DNA of 64,000 nt from Pedobacter sp. UBA4863 (GCF_002399615.1 NZ_DHDZ01000036.1:66091-130090), one strand, 5' to 3'. Numbered from the stretch's first letter, positions 37,787 through 47,413 are shown. Numbers and translations are program-made. The notes: generated from the sequence alone by a model not told the origin.

Positions 37787-39202
37787 ATGATTTTTCCCGT
37801 CAGTACCACATTGCTAGCATTTTTTAATGCATTTATCCCAACGCCGGTTTTAGCTGTAGCTATAACGCCAGAAACAGAGGGTAGTTCTATAGGTTGGCGC
37901 CTATTATTTGCGTTGTTTTTGGTTTTTTTAAACGGTTTCTTTGTGGCCGCCGAGTTTGCAATCGTTAAAGTTCGAGCTTCGCAAATAGAAATCAAGGCAA
38001 AAACAGGAAGCAGAGTTGGTAAAATGGCTAAAAATATTCTTCATCATTTAGATGGATATTTGGCAGCCACGCAATTGGGTATTACTTTAGCGTCTCTTGG
38101 TCTAGGTGTGGTAGGAGAGCGAGTAATGCACGAGATTATCCACGATTCGTTGGCTAGTTTTGGTGTTGGCGAAGCATTAATAACAACAATATCTACAATA
38201 GTAGCGTTTTCAATCATCACCATTATGCACATTGTTTTTGGCGAACTGGCTCCAAAATCATTGGCAATTCAGCGTCCGGTTGCAACAACACTATTTGTAG
38301 CTATACCACTTCAAGCTTTTTATATTTTGTTTAGGCCGGCTATTTGGTTATTAAATGGTTTTGCTACCATTATTTTAAAACCATTTGGCATTGATACAAG
38401 TGCTGGCCACGAAGCATTGCATAGTAACGAAGAATTACAGTACCTGTTAGATCAAGGTAAAGAAAGTGGCGCCCTAGAAGATAGCGAACACGAGCTCATT
38501 AAGAACGTATTTGATTTTAATGAGCGTGTGGTTAAAAACATCATGGTGCCGCGTACCAAAATTTCTGGTGTAGAGTTAACAGCTACCAACGAAGAAGTGG
38601 TAGAAATGATTATTAAAGAAGGGTATTCTAGGTTGCCAGTTTACGATGATATCATCGATAAAATTATTGGAATTATACACGCAAAGGATGTGTTGCCCTT
38701 ACTAGCAAGTCAAAAAGAGTGGTCGCTAAAAGACATTATAAGAAAACCTTATTTTGTTCCCGAAACCAAGAAAATTAATGATCTATTAGGCGAGCTGCAA
38801 CAAAAGCGTTTGCAAATAGCAATTGTATTAGACGAGTTTGGTGGTACTGCAGGTATGGTAACTTTAGAAGACATTGTAGAGGAGATTGTGGGCGAAATAC
38901 AAGATGAATACGATGAAGAAAAGCCAATGGTAGAAAAAGTTACGGATACCGAATTTATAGTAAATGCCTACGCAACGGTATATGACGTTAACGAATACCT
39001 ACCTCACGATTTGCCAGAAGACGAAGATTTTGATACTGTTGGAGGCTTAGTTTCGCATGCTTTTGGAAAAATTCCGGAAGTGGGCGATAGCGAAGAATGT
39101 TACGGCTACCTATTTACCATCCTTAAAAAAACCGAGCAAAATATTGAAACTGTAAAACTAGAGGCTGTTATTAACAAGAGCAATATGGTAGATTTGCATT
39201 AA
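37787..39202 (+). CDS. Hemolysin-family CNNM/CBS/CorC transporter-associated protein
   Basis: NGFFVAAEFA, GELAPK, CBS pair, LDEFGGTAGMVTLED, CorC-HlyC C-terminus. Confidence 0.92.
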   Translation: MIFPVSTTLLAFFNAFIPTPVLAVAITPETEGSSIGWRLLFALFLVFLNGFFVAAEFAIVKVRASQIEIKAKTGSRVGKMAKNILHHLDGYLAATQLGITLASLGLGVVGERVMHEIIHDSLASFGVGEALITTISTIVAFSIITIMHIVFGELAPKSLAIQRPVATTLFVAIPLQAFYILFRPAIWLLNGFATIILKPFGIDTSAGHEALHSNEELQYLLDQGKESGALEDSEHELIKNVFDFNERVVKNIMVPRTKISGVELTATNEEVVEMIIKEGYSRLPVYDDIIDKIIGIIHAKDVLPLLASQKEWSLKDIIRKPYFVPETKKINDLLGELQQKRLQIAIVLDEFGGTAGMVTLEDIVEEIVGEIQDEYDEEKPMVEKVTDTEFIVNAYATVYDVNEYLPHDLPEDEDFDTVGGLVSHAFGKIPEVGDSEECYGYLFTILKKTEQNIETVKLEAVINKSNMVDLH

Positions 39203-39296
39203 ATTAAGCTTAAAATCGTTTAAATGGGTAGTTTAATGCTGTTGGTTTCTGTTTAATGCTTTTCTGCTTTTTCAATTTTGACCTTTAACTTTAAAG

Positions 39297-40004
39297 ATGC
39301 ACTTATTCTACACTCCTGATATTAACGCTAATACCTATACCCTAAACGAGGAAGAAAGTAACCACTGTAATAAAGTGTTGCGCCTAAAGCAGGGAGATAA
39401 GGTTTGTTTAATTGATGGTGTAGGAGGGCTATATACAGCCGAAATTGCCGAAGCAACAAAAAAGGCAGTGCACCTGCATATTCTACATAAACAAATCGAA
39501 TTTGGAAAGCGTAATCATTACCTCCATATCGCCATTGCACCTACCAAAAATATCGACAGGCTAGAATGGTTTTTAGAAAAGGCTACCGAAATTGGTATTG
39601 ATGAAATTACGCCTCTTATTTGTGATCGCTCTGAACGAAAAGTGGTGAAAGAAGAACGCTTAGAAAAAGTAATTACTTCGGCAGTTAAACAATCGCTTAC
39701 GGCGTATCATCCTGTACTAAACACTGCAATAACTTTTAAAGATTTTATTAAGCAATACAAAGCCGACACCAAACTAATAGCTCACTGTATTAATGACGAC
39801 GATAAGACGGTAATTTCTTCCATCGTTAAGCCACATCAAAATTACCTAATTTTAATTGGTCCAGAAGGAGATTTTACCCCCGCAGAAATTGAACTGGCTT
39901 TGCAAAACAAATATAAACCAGTAACTTTAGGTAATACCCGCCTTCGCACAGAAACTGCTGGCTTGGCGGCTTGCTTTGAAGTCAATTTTTTAAATAGGGA
40001 GTAA
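39297..40004 (+). CDS. rsmE: 16S rRNA m3U1498 methyltransferase
   Basis: H..KVLRL, EKATEIG, IGPEGDF, LG..RLRTETA. Confidence 0.95.
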   Translation: MHLFYTPDINANTYTLNEEESNHCNKVLRLKQGDKVCLIDGVGGLYTAEIAEATKKAVHLHILHKQIEFGKRNHYLHIAIAPTKNIDRLEWFLEKATEIGIDEITPLICDRSERKVVKEERLEKVITSAVKQSLTAYHPVLNTAITFKDFIKQYKADTKLIAHCINDDDKTVISSIVKPHQNYLILIGPEGDFTPAEIELALQNKYKPVTLGNTRLRTETAGLAACFEVNFLNRE

Positions 40005-40729
40005 TGAAGCGGGTTACGAATTTAGATTTACGATTTACGATTTCCCAAAGGGCAAAATACTTAAAAGCTTACACGCTTCGCTTTCTACTTTTTACTTTTA
40101 CCTTTTTACTTTTTACAGCTTTTACCATTCCCCCAACCTACAAAATGGGCAAATTAAAGTATGCAGGTGGTGGCGACTGGTATGCCAATAGAACCGCTTT
40201 GCCAAATTTGATTGCTTTTTGCAACAAGAATATTGCCACCAATTTTGTAGCAGATGAAGGGATTGTAGAAGTAGGGAGTGCCGAGTTGTTTGATTATCCT
40301 TTTGTGTACATGACCGGGCATGGAAACGTTACTTTTAACGCCCAAGAAGCATTTAATTTGCGTAAATATCTTATTGGTGGTGGTTTTTTACACATAGACG
40401 ATAATTATGGCCTAGATAAATTTATTCGTCCGCAAATGAAAAAGGTTTTTCCGGAACTTGATTTTGTGGAGTTGCCAGCTAACCATAAAATATACCACCA
40501 AAAATTTAAGTTTACCAACGGCCTACCGAAAATACACGAACACGATAATAAGCGTCCTCAAGGATTTGCGCTTATTTATAAAGGGAGAATAGTATGTTTT
40601 TATACCTACGAATGCGATTTAGGTAATGGTTGGGAAGATTTTGGTACTTATCCTTCCGACAGCCAAGAAAGTAGAAATAACGCTCTTAAAATGGGCGCAA
40701 ACCTAGTGCAATATGCCTTAACCAATTAA
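40004..40729 (+). CDS. DUF4159-like exported protein
   Basis: KY.GGGDWY, YMTGHG, LRKYLIGGGFLHIDDNYG, YECDLGNGWED. Confidence 0.8.
   Translation: MKRVTNLDLRFTISQRAKYLKAYTLRFLLFTFTFLLFTAFTIPPTYKMGKLKYAGGGDWYANRTALPNLIAFCNKNIATNFVADEGIVEVGSAELFDYPFVYMTGHGNVTFNAQEAFNLRKYLIGGGFLHIDDNYGLDKFIRPQMKKVFPELDFVELPANHKIYHQKFKFTNGLPKIHEHDNKRPQGFALIYKGRIVCFYTYECDLGNGWEDFGTYPSDSQESRNNALKMGANLVQYALTN
40011..40116 (+). repeat. Heptamer tandem arrays inside the 5' end of the DUF4159-like CDS
   Basis: gggttac-gaattta-gatttac-gatttac-gatttcc (40011..40045) and tttctac-tttttac-ttttac-c-tttttac-tttttac (40082..40116). Confidence 0.7.
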
Positions 40730-40733
40730 GCTT

Positions 40734-41234
40734 ATGAATAAAGTTACGGTGAATAATCGTTATCAGTTTGAAGTGGATGTGCTAAATGGAGCTTTGAAGG
40801 TTAACCATCAAGACCTCCATCTTGATGTATTGACCTTGACAGCAGCATCCAGTCATATCATTCATGATAATAAGTCTTACAATATAGAGGTTGTTGACTT
40901 TGATAAAGAAGAAAAGCAGGCTAATATTAAAGTTAATGGACACGTTTATAAAGTGCAAATCACTACACAATTAGATATGCTGCTACAACAACTTGGCATG
41001 GATAGCTTAGCTAACAACAAAGTATTAGCGTTAAAGGCACCAATGCCCGGCCTGGTGTTAAACGTATTGGTAACAGTTGGAGACGAGGTGAAAAAAGGAG
41101 ATAACCTGCTGGTGTTGGAGGCCATGAAAATGGAAAATATTATCAAATCTCCAGCCGATGCCGTTATTAAAAAAATAGGGGTAAAACAGGGAGATAAAAT
41201 TGAAAAGAATACGGTGTTGATAGAATTTGTTTAA
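40734..41234 (+). CDS. Biotin carboxyl carrier (acyl-CoA carboxylase biotin-lipoyl subunit)
   Basis: APMPGLV…EAMKMEN biotinylation motif. Confidence 0.9.
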   Translation: MNKVTVNNRYQFEVDVLNGALKVNHQDLHLDVLTLTAASSHIIHDNKSYNIEVVDFDKEEKQANIKVNGHVYKVQITTQLDMLLQQLGMDSLANNKVLALKAPMPGLVLNVLVTVGDEVKKGDNLLVLEAMKMENIIKSPADAVIKKIGVKQGDKIEKNTVLIEFV

Positions 41235-41250
41235 GTTGTTCTTTCTCCCC

Positions 41251-41290
41251 AAAAGTAAAGGCTCTGCAATATTGCAGAGCCTTTACTTTT
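41251..41290. terminator. Perfect 40-bp palindrome, bidirectional terminator
   Basis: aaaagtaaaggctctgcaat|attgcagagcctttactttt between convergent genes. Confidence 0.85.
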
Positions 41291-41307
41291 CTATATTGTT
41301 AAGGTTG

Positions 41308-42915
41308 TTATTTCACCTTAAATGGTTTTGTAGGTTTGTTTCTAAACTGAGGTTTGCCAGCCGATTTAACCTCCGATGCACCTAACATGGTCATTGCACA
41401 ACGGAAACCTATATCAGCAGCAGATTCGTCTTCTTGCATAAACCTTCTTGCTGCAGGATTTAACCACATAGCCTGATCGTTCCAAGAACCGCCTTTAAAA
41501 ACTCTAGATTTATCGTTTACTAAAGTTATTACGCCGTATAAGTTCGTTTGTTCGTCTCTATAACCTCTTTGGTCGGCTCTGTAGTTAGAGTCTGGTAACT
41601 GACCAGCCTGAAGCTGGGCCCAAGTTTGCTTAACGCCAGTTTTAGCAGCGGTCATTACTGGGGTACCTCTACTGTCTTTTTTCAGCTCACTTGTTTTGGC
41701 ATCTCTTTCTTTATCTTGATATTCGTTACCTCTAAAAGGGTTTAGTCCTTCTGTAGCTTCAAATGTACTTGGACGGTAAACATCGGCAACCCATTCGCTT
41801 ACATTTCCAGCCATATTGTATAGGCCAAAATCATTAGGCACAAAACTTTTAACAGACGAAGTGATACTTCCCTTATCATTTAATGAACCACCAACACCCA
41901 TATAATCGCCTTTTCCACGTTTAAAGTTGGCTAAAATCATTCCCCGTGTAGATTTTCTTGGCGAAGTAATGCCCAGGCCATTCCATGGATAGATTTTCTT
42001 TTCGTTAATGTTAGCATATTGCGTATTACCAATTAAGCCCAAAGCAGCATATTCCCATTCTGCCTCTGTTGGTAAGCGGTAAGGCTGTAAAATCTCTCCA
42101 TCTTCCAATCTTACGTTTCTTTGTGGTGCTTTACCTTTACCTGTTGCTTTTGCACCAGCACTTAGATCAATAGGCGCTTTTTTGCCCAAGTCTTTGTTCT
42201 GGCCATTTAAATAAAGTTCGGTATTAAAAGGCGTAGTAGAACCAGCGGCAGCGGTTGTGGTTGTAGTGGTTGCCGCACCTTTGCCCGAAGCAGGCTTGCC
42301 TAAATCTCTGAAAGTGGTCATAATGCCTTTTTGCCTCAAGATAAACTCATTCACCCTGTCTGTACGCCATTCGCAATAATCAGCAGCTTGTACCCAACTT
42401 ACTCCTACAACTGGGTAATCTTGATAAGCCGGGTGTCTCAAATAGTTGTTTACGTAAGGCTCATTATAAGACAAAGGTCTTCTCCAAACCAAAGTATCTG
42501 GCAACGAACTGTAATAATACTCTGCATTTTCAGCACTAGCTCCCGTCGGAAAGTTGGTCTTTATCCAGTGCAAGTATTCCAGCCAGTCGGTATTAGAAAC
42601 CTCTGTTTCGTCCATATAAAATGAACTAACGGTTACTTGTCTTTTGTAATTATAACTGCTTAAATCTTGCCCCGGAGTTTCAACGGCACTACCGCCCATG
42701 ATAAACTCACCGCCTTCAATTTCTATTAGGCCAGGCCCTGGGCCTCTTTTGAAGTTCTTTTTAACTTCAAAACCGCCGTTTTCTTTCTTGTTATAAGCAT
42801 AGCCCGTTTTTTCAGAAACAGCGCTTCCTTTTTTAGAACCGCCACAAGAGCTTAATATTCCAATACCAAATACTGCTATTAAGGTATTTAAGTAAAATCT
42901 ATTCATATTTTGCAA
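41308..42915 (-). CDS. gldJ: Gliding motility/T9SS lipoprotein GldJ (FGE-sulfatase domain)
   Basis: Lipobox LSSC; GPGL..IEGGEFIMG, YMDETEVSN, YPVVGVSW, RLPTEAEWEYAA, FRCAM; divergent from porV. Confidence 0.85.
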   Translation of the reverse strand: MQNMNRFYLNTLIAVFGIGILSSCGGSKKGSAVSEKTGYAYNKKENGGFEVKKNFKRGPGPGLIEIEGGEFIMGGSAVETPGQDLSSYNYKRQVTVSSFYMDETEVSNTDWLEYLHWIKTNFPTGASAENAEYYYSSLPDTLVWRRPLSYNEPYVNNYLRHPAYQDYPVVGVSWVQAADYCEWRTDRVNEFILRQKGIMTTFRDLGKPASGKGAATTTTTTAAAGSTTPFNTELYLNGQNKDLGKKAPIDLSAGAKATGKGKAPQRNVRLEDGEILQPYRLPTEAEWEYAALGLIGNTQYANINEKKIYPWNGLGITSPRKSTRGMILANFKRGKGDYMGVGGSLNDKGSITSSVKSFVPNDFGLYNMAGNVSEWVADVYRPSTFEATEGLNPFRGNEYQDKERDAKTSELKKDSRGTPVMTAAKTGVKQTWAQLQAGQLPDSNYRADQRGYRDEQTNLYGVITLVNDKSRVFKGGSWNDQAMWLNPAARRFMQEDESAADIGFRCAMTMLGASEVKSAGKPQFRNKPTKPFKVK

Positions 42916-43386
42916 ATTGCACTTTGGGTGTTAAAAATACACAAAAAAGTACGAGAAAATAAAAAATCTTATTCATTTGTCATTTTTTTGTTATCTACCA
43001 TAGTACTTTAGACAATAGAAAAAGCATTGGAAAGTCCTCGTTTTTAGTAGGTAAACGTAAAAAACAGCAACATATTGTTAGTATCTTTTTCTTCTTGTTT
43101 AGCTTTGGAAAATTTTTCTCATCATGAGGATTTTTGAGGTCTGTAATAGTGTTGGTATAAAATAAAAGTTGCCATACGTTTGTGCAGATGTACTTATGAC
43201 AATCTGTGTTGCTTGCGCATTTAAGCCAAATACTATTCGCAATAGCTATTGGTAAAAAACTATATTTATTAGCGGCGCAATAATGAGAAAAGGTTTACGT
43301 TCTCAAAGTTCATAACCAAACTCCATAGAGGTCTAAAACTTTGAAATTACCAAACTCTATGTTAAATTGCGCAGATTAACTATTTT

Positions 43387-44553
43387 ATGATGAGATTTTA
43401 CTATTTGGGCATTGCCTTAATGTTTTTATGGGTGAGCACGGTACAAAAAGTGGTCGCACAGCAAACTACGGGAAGCAATACAAGCCAAACTAACGGTGTG
43501 TATCCGGCGGTGCCATTTTTGCTAATTACCCCCGATGCTAGGGCAGGTGCCATGGGCGAAGCTGGTGTAGCAATAACGCCTGATGGAAATGCAATGAGCA
43601 TAAACCCCGCTAAGCTTGCCTTCTTAGAAAGACCGTATGGCGTAAGTTTATCTTATAGTCCGTGGCTTAAAAGCTTAGTTCCCGATATTAATTTAGCCTA
43701 TTTAAGTGGGTTTTTTCAGGTAGATGACAAAACTGTTATCGGAGGTTCGTTAAGATATTTTTCGTTGGGTGAGATTGCCTTAACCAATGAGAACGGTGGC
43801 CAAGAAGGTATATTTAGCCCTAACGAATTAGCATTTGATGCAACCTATTCTCGCAAATTTGGAGAGAATTTCTCTTTAGGTACATCTGCTAGATTTATTC
43901 GCTCTAACCTAACCTCAGGACAAGTGAGTGGTAGCCAACAAAAGGCAGGTAATGCATTAGCGGTAGATGTTTCGGCCTTTTTTAAAAAGCCAACCGTTCT
44001 TTTTGGTAAAGACGCTATTCTTTCTGCTGGTTTAAACTTGTCTAACATTGGTACTAAAATGAGCTTTAGCGATACAGGAGAAAAACTTTTTTTGCCTGCC
44101 AATATGAAACTGGGCGGCGCATCAACTTTTATTATTGATGATTACAGCCAGTTTGTATTTGCCCTCGATTTTAACAAACTAATGGTGCCAACTCAACCCA
44201 TTGTAGATGGTAATGGTAAAATTGTTGCCGGAAAAGATCCAAATCGTTCTGTGCCAGCAGGTATTATTGGTTCATTTGGCGATGCTCCGGGAGGTTTTAG
44301 CGAAGAATTAAAAGAAGTTGGAATTTCTACAGGTGTAGAGTACATTTATAACCAACAGTTTGCGGTACGTGCGGGTTATTTCTACGAAAGCCCTGAAAAA
44401 GGAGACAGAAGATATTTTACCGTTGGCGGAGGCTTAAAGTACAATATGTTTAATTTAGATTTTTCATATCTTATTGCGAATGCGCAAAACAGCCCGTTGG
44501 CAAATACCTTGCGATTTAGTTTGGCCTTAAATTTCGATAAAGTTAGTAAGTAA
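43387..44553 (+). CDS. porV: T9SS outer membrane shuttle PorV
   Basis: FLLITPDARAGAMGE, YSPWL, LRYFSLGEI, PANMKLG, NTLRFSL. Confidence 0.92.
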   Translation: MMRFYYLGIALMFLWVSTVQKVVAQQTTGSNTSQTNGVYPAVPFLLITPDARAGAMGEAGVAITPDGNAMSINPAKLAFLERPYGVSLSYSPWLKSLVPDINLAYLSGFFQVDDKTVIGGSLRYFSLGEIALTNENGGQEGIFSPNELAFDATYSRKFGENFSLGTSARFIRSNLTSGQVSGSQQKAGNALAVDVSAFFKKPTVLFGKDAILSAGLNLSNIGTKMSFSDTGEKLFLPANMKLGGASTFIIDDYSQFVFALDFNKLMVPTQPIVDGNGKIVAGKDPNRSVPAGIIGSFGDAPGGFSEELKEVGISTGVEYIYNQQFAVRAGYFYESPEKGDRRYFTVGGGLKYNMFNLDFSYLIANAQNSPLANTLRFSLALNFDKVSK

Positions 44554-45035
44554 TGCGTATTAAAGTAGGTTTTGGTTTCGATGTTCACCAACTCAAAGAA
44601 AATCATCCTTTTGTAGTTGGCGGTGTAACTTTGGAGCATCATAAAGGTGCTTTTGGGCATTCTGATGCAGATGTGCTTTTGCACGCTATCTGCGATGCAT
44701 TATTGGGTGCGGTAAACTTGCGTGATATAGGTTTCCATTTTAAAAATACAGACCCTCAGTGGAAAGGTATCAGCAGCGTTATTTTACTGCAAGAATCGGT
44801 GAAGTTGTTAAGAGAGAAAGGCTATGAGGTGGGTAACATTGATGCAATGCTATGTTTAGAAGCACCAAAAATTAATCCTTACATTCCTCAAATGCAAGAA
44901 AATATTGCAGCGGCCATAGGAATTTCGGTAGATGATATTTCTATTAAAGCTACCACGGGCGAACAAATGGGTTTTGTTGGCAGAGAAGAAGGTGTGGTTG
45001 CCTACGCCGTTTGTTTAATAGAGAAAATTAGCTAG
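44553..45035 (+). CDS. ispF: 2-C-methyl-D-erythritol 2,4-cyclodiphosphate synthase
   Basis: GFDVH, GHSDADVLLHAICDALLGA, KATTGE. Confidence 0.97.
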   Translation: MRIKVGFGFDVHQLKENHPFVVGGVTLEHHKGAFGHSDADVLLHAICDALLGAVNLRDIGFHFKNTDPQWKGISSVILLQESVKLLREKGYEVGNIDAMLCLEAPKINPYIPQMQENIAAAIGISVDDISIKATTGEQMGFVGREEGVVAYAVCLIEKIS

Positions 45036-45043
45036 CAATTATA

Positions 45044-45087
45044 AAGTTGCGAGTTACAGGCTAAAAAGCACCTATAGCTCGCAACTT
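45044..45087. terminator. Inverted repeat between convergent ispF and pirin genes
   Basis: aagttgcgag…ctcgcaactt. Confidence 0.55.
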
Positions 45088-45096
45088 GTAAGGTGA

Positions 45097-46005
45097 TTAT
45101 TCTTCCAAATAACCAAATTTTCCAGTGTTATAATCTTCAATTGCTTGTTGTAATTCTTCGGGTTTGTTCATTAAGAACGGCCCATACTGCGCAATTGGTT
45201 CATTAATTGGTTCTCCAGAGAGAAACAACACTACCGAATTTTCATTAGTCTCAATTTCAATTTCACTACCCTCATGCGCAAAATGTACCATCTGATTGGT
45301 TGCTGCATGCCCTGTTCCGTTTACCGTAATATTACCTTCTATTACAATTAAGGCAGTGTTGTAGTGCGAATTACTACTTAAAGTAGCCTTTGCACCAGCA
45401 TTTAACCTAAGGTTATACATTTCGATAGGTGTAAAAGTAGAGGCACTACCCTTAACGCCTTTGTAGTTGCCTGCAATTACTTCTATCGTTCCTTTTTGGT
45501 CTGGTAGCTCAAAACTCGCAATTTGGCTATGTGCAATGGCCTGGTATTTTGGGGTGCTCATTTTGTACTTAGCCGGTAGGTTTACCCAAAGCTGCACCAT
45601 TTGAAATGGCCCACCTTTTTTACTGAAATTTTCTTCGTGATATTCTTTGTGCAAAATACCACTTGCGGCGGTCATCCACTGCACATCTCCTGGATATATT
45701 ACGCCACTATTGCCCGCACTATCGTGGTGCGCTACAGCACCTTGGTAGGCAATGGTTACGGTTTCAAACCCACGATGCGGGTGTACACCAACACCCTTTG
45801 GGCTATTTGTTGGAGAAAACTCGATTTTTGCATTATAATCGAGCAAGTAAAACGGATCCATTTTAATTTTGTATCCGCTTGGGAAGAAATTGTGTACCCT
45901 AAACCCATCGCCAACCATGTGGGGCGCTGGTGGGTTTAAAATAGCAGCAACTTTTTTTAGCGTATGCATAATTGCTTCCTTTCTAAATTTAAGCTTGTTT
46001 AACAA
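45097..46005 (-). CDS. Pirin family protein
   Basis: HPHRGFETVT, DVQWMTAASGILHKE, QLWVNLP, YGPFLMN. Confidence 0.93.
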   Translation of the reverse strand: MLNKLKFRKEAIMHTLKKVAAILNPPAPHMVGDGFRVHNFFPSGYKIKMDPFYLLDYNAKIEFSPTNSPKGVGVHPHRGFETVTIAYQGAVAHHDSAGNSGVIYPGDVQWMTAASGILHKEYHEENFSKKGGPFQMVQLWVNLPAKYKMSTPKYQAIAHSQIASFELPDQKGTIEVIAGNYKGVKGSASTFTPIEMYNLRLNAGAKATLSSNSHYNTALIVIEGNITVNGTGHAATNQMVHFAHEGSEIEIETNENSVVLFLSGEPINEPIAQYGPFLMNKPEELQQAIEDYNTGKFGYLEE

Positions 46006-46519
46006 ACTGTAGTTCGCCTAATATTTTTACGTCTTCGCTTACCATTACACCACCAGTTTCTAAAGCGGCATTCCAAGTTAAGCCAAACGCTGTACGGTTA
46101 ATTTTACCGCTTAAAGTAAAACCTGCCTTGGTATTTCCCCAAGGGTCGGTGGCCATACCGCCAAACTCTGCATTTAGTTTTACAGCTTTAGTTACATCTT
46201 TAATGGTTAAATCACCTTTAACAAGATAATCGCTGCCGTCTTTTTCTACGCTGGTAGATTTAAAAGAAAGGGTAGGGTATTTCTCTGCATCAAAGAAATC
46301 GCCACTTTTTAAGTGCGCATCTCTATCGCCATTGCCTGTATCGATAGAGTTAATGTCGCCAGAAAAAGAAATGTCGGCATTGGTAAAGTCATCGCCTTCC
46401 GAAGTTAGTTCAGCACCGAAAGATTTAATGTTTCCGGTTACGGTGGTAATCATTAAATGTTTTACCTTAAACTGTAAGTCACTGTGGGTTGGGTCTAACG
46501 CCCATTTAGTTGTTGCCAT
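45989..46519 (-). CDS. YceI family protein
   Basis: W.LDPTHS…F.VKH, RDAHLKS.DFFD, G.LTIKDVTK, INRTAFGLTWN. Confidence 0.93.
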   Translation of the reverse strand: MATTKWALDPTHSDLQFKVKHLMITTVTGNIKSFGAELTSEGDDFTNADISFSGDINSIDTGNGDRDAHLKSGDFFDAEKYPTLSFKSTSVEKDGSDYLVKGDLTIKDVTKAVKLNAEFGGMATDPWGNTKAGFTLSGKINRTAFGLTWNAALETGGVMVSEDVKILGELQFVKQA

Positions 46520-46555
46520 AATATTTTATTTTTGTGTTCTTTAAATTTGATAACA

Positions 46556-46599
46556 CAAAGTTATGGCGGCAGGTTTAGTTAAACGTTGATGTATGTTAA
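46556..46599 (-). promoter_or_regulatory. yceI-pirin promoter with FNR/CRP-like box
   Basis: -7 TAACTTTG (minus, 46556..46563) and TTGAT-gtat-GTTAA at 46586..46599. Confidence 0.6.
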
Positions 46600-46660
46600 G
46601 TAATTAATTGGTTCATTAGCTCAATAGTTCATTTGCTTATTGCCCAATCAGTTAACATAA

Positions 46661-47248
46661 TTATCTAAAATGCCTTTTAGCGAGGTCTTTACGTACTCGG
46701 CTTAACGATTCTGGTGTAATACCCAAGTAAGAAGCAATCATCCATTGGGGCACACGTAAAGTAAGGTTAGGGTATAACTTAATAAAGTCTAGGTAGCGTT
46801 CTTCGGCGGTAGCACTAAGGAGCATATTGATGCGTTGTTGCATAAACCTGATAGAGTTATGCAGCATTTTAATGTTAAGCTCTAAAATATGGGGCAGTAG
46901 TTTTTGTATATCAGCAAAGAAATGATTAGGCACAATTAGCACTTCGGTATTTTCTATGGTGTCGATATAAAATACAGACGGTTCGTTAAAAACAGCGCTG
47001 TTACGATCAGAAATCATCCAGTTTTCTGGTGCAAACTGAATAATATGCTCCTTGCCCTTTTCGTCTATAGAAAAAGAACGTAAAAGCCCTTCGTTAATAA
47101 AGTAGTTGTCCGATCTTAAATCGCCGGGGCTAAGTAAAATTGTCCCCTTTTTGAAGGTTTTACTTTTTAAACAGCTAGTAGCTTCTTTGGCTTGCTCATC
47201 AGTAATGGCAAGTCTTTCTTTTAAGTAGGATTGGAAATTTTCTAGCAT
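46661..47248 (-). CDS. Crp/Fnr family transcriptional regulator
   Basis: cNMP-binding-like domain (GLLRSF…GKEHIIQF..E) and HTH (MIASYLGITPESLSRVR). Confidence 0.92.
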   Translation of the reverse strand: MLENFQSYLKERLAITDEQAKEATSCLKSKTFKKGTILLSPGDLRSDNYFINEGLLRSFSIDEKGKEHIIQFAPENWMISDRNSAVFNEPSVFYIDTIENTEVLIVPNHFFADIQKLLPHILELNIKMLHNSIRFMQQRINMLLSATAEERYLDFIKLYPNLTLRVPQWMIASYLGITPESLSRVRKDLAKRHFR

Positions 47249-47251
47249 GTA

Positions 47252-47413
47252 TTACGATTTGGTATCGGGTACTTTACTGAAATCTGCACCACACTTGCCA
47301 CAGCCTGTAGCACATTGCCCTTTCTTGGGCGAAATGTTGCGATAGACGATTCGTGCTACATAAAATAATGCGGCAACGAAAATGACCATCATTAATATAA
47401 ACTGAATGTCCAT
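47252..47413 (-). CDS. Small FeoB-associated-type Cys-rich membrane protein (53 aa; absent from ORF track)
   Basis: MDIQFILMMVIFVAALFYVARIVYRNISPKKGQCATGCGKCGADFSKVPDTKS*: TM helix then CxxxCxxC; stop is 3 bp before the Crp/Fnr ATG. Confidence 0.75.
   Translation of the reverse strand: MDIQFILMMVIFVAALFYVARIVYRNISPKKGQCATGCGKCGADFSKVPDTKS

Noticed and set aside
40734-41234. Isolated biotin carrier gene as a novel system
   Set aside because: Split acyl-CoA carboxylase subunit genes are common in Bacteroidota.
46607-46655. Weak gttcatt-like periodicity downstream of the Crp/Fnr gene
   Set aside because: Too degenerate to distinguish from AT-rich background.
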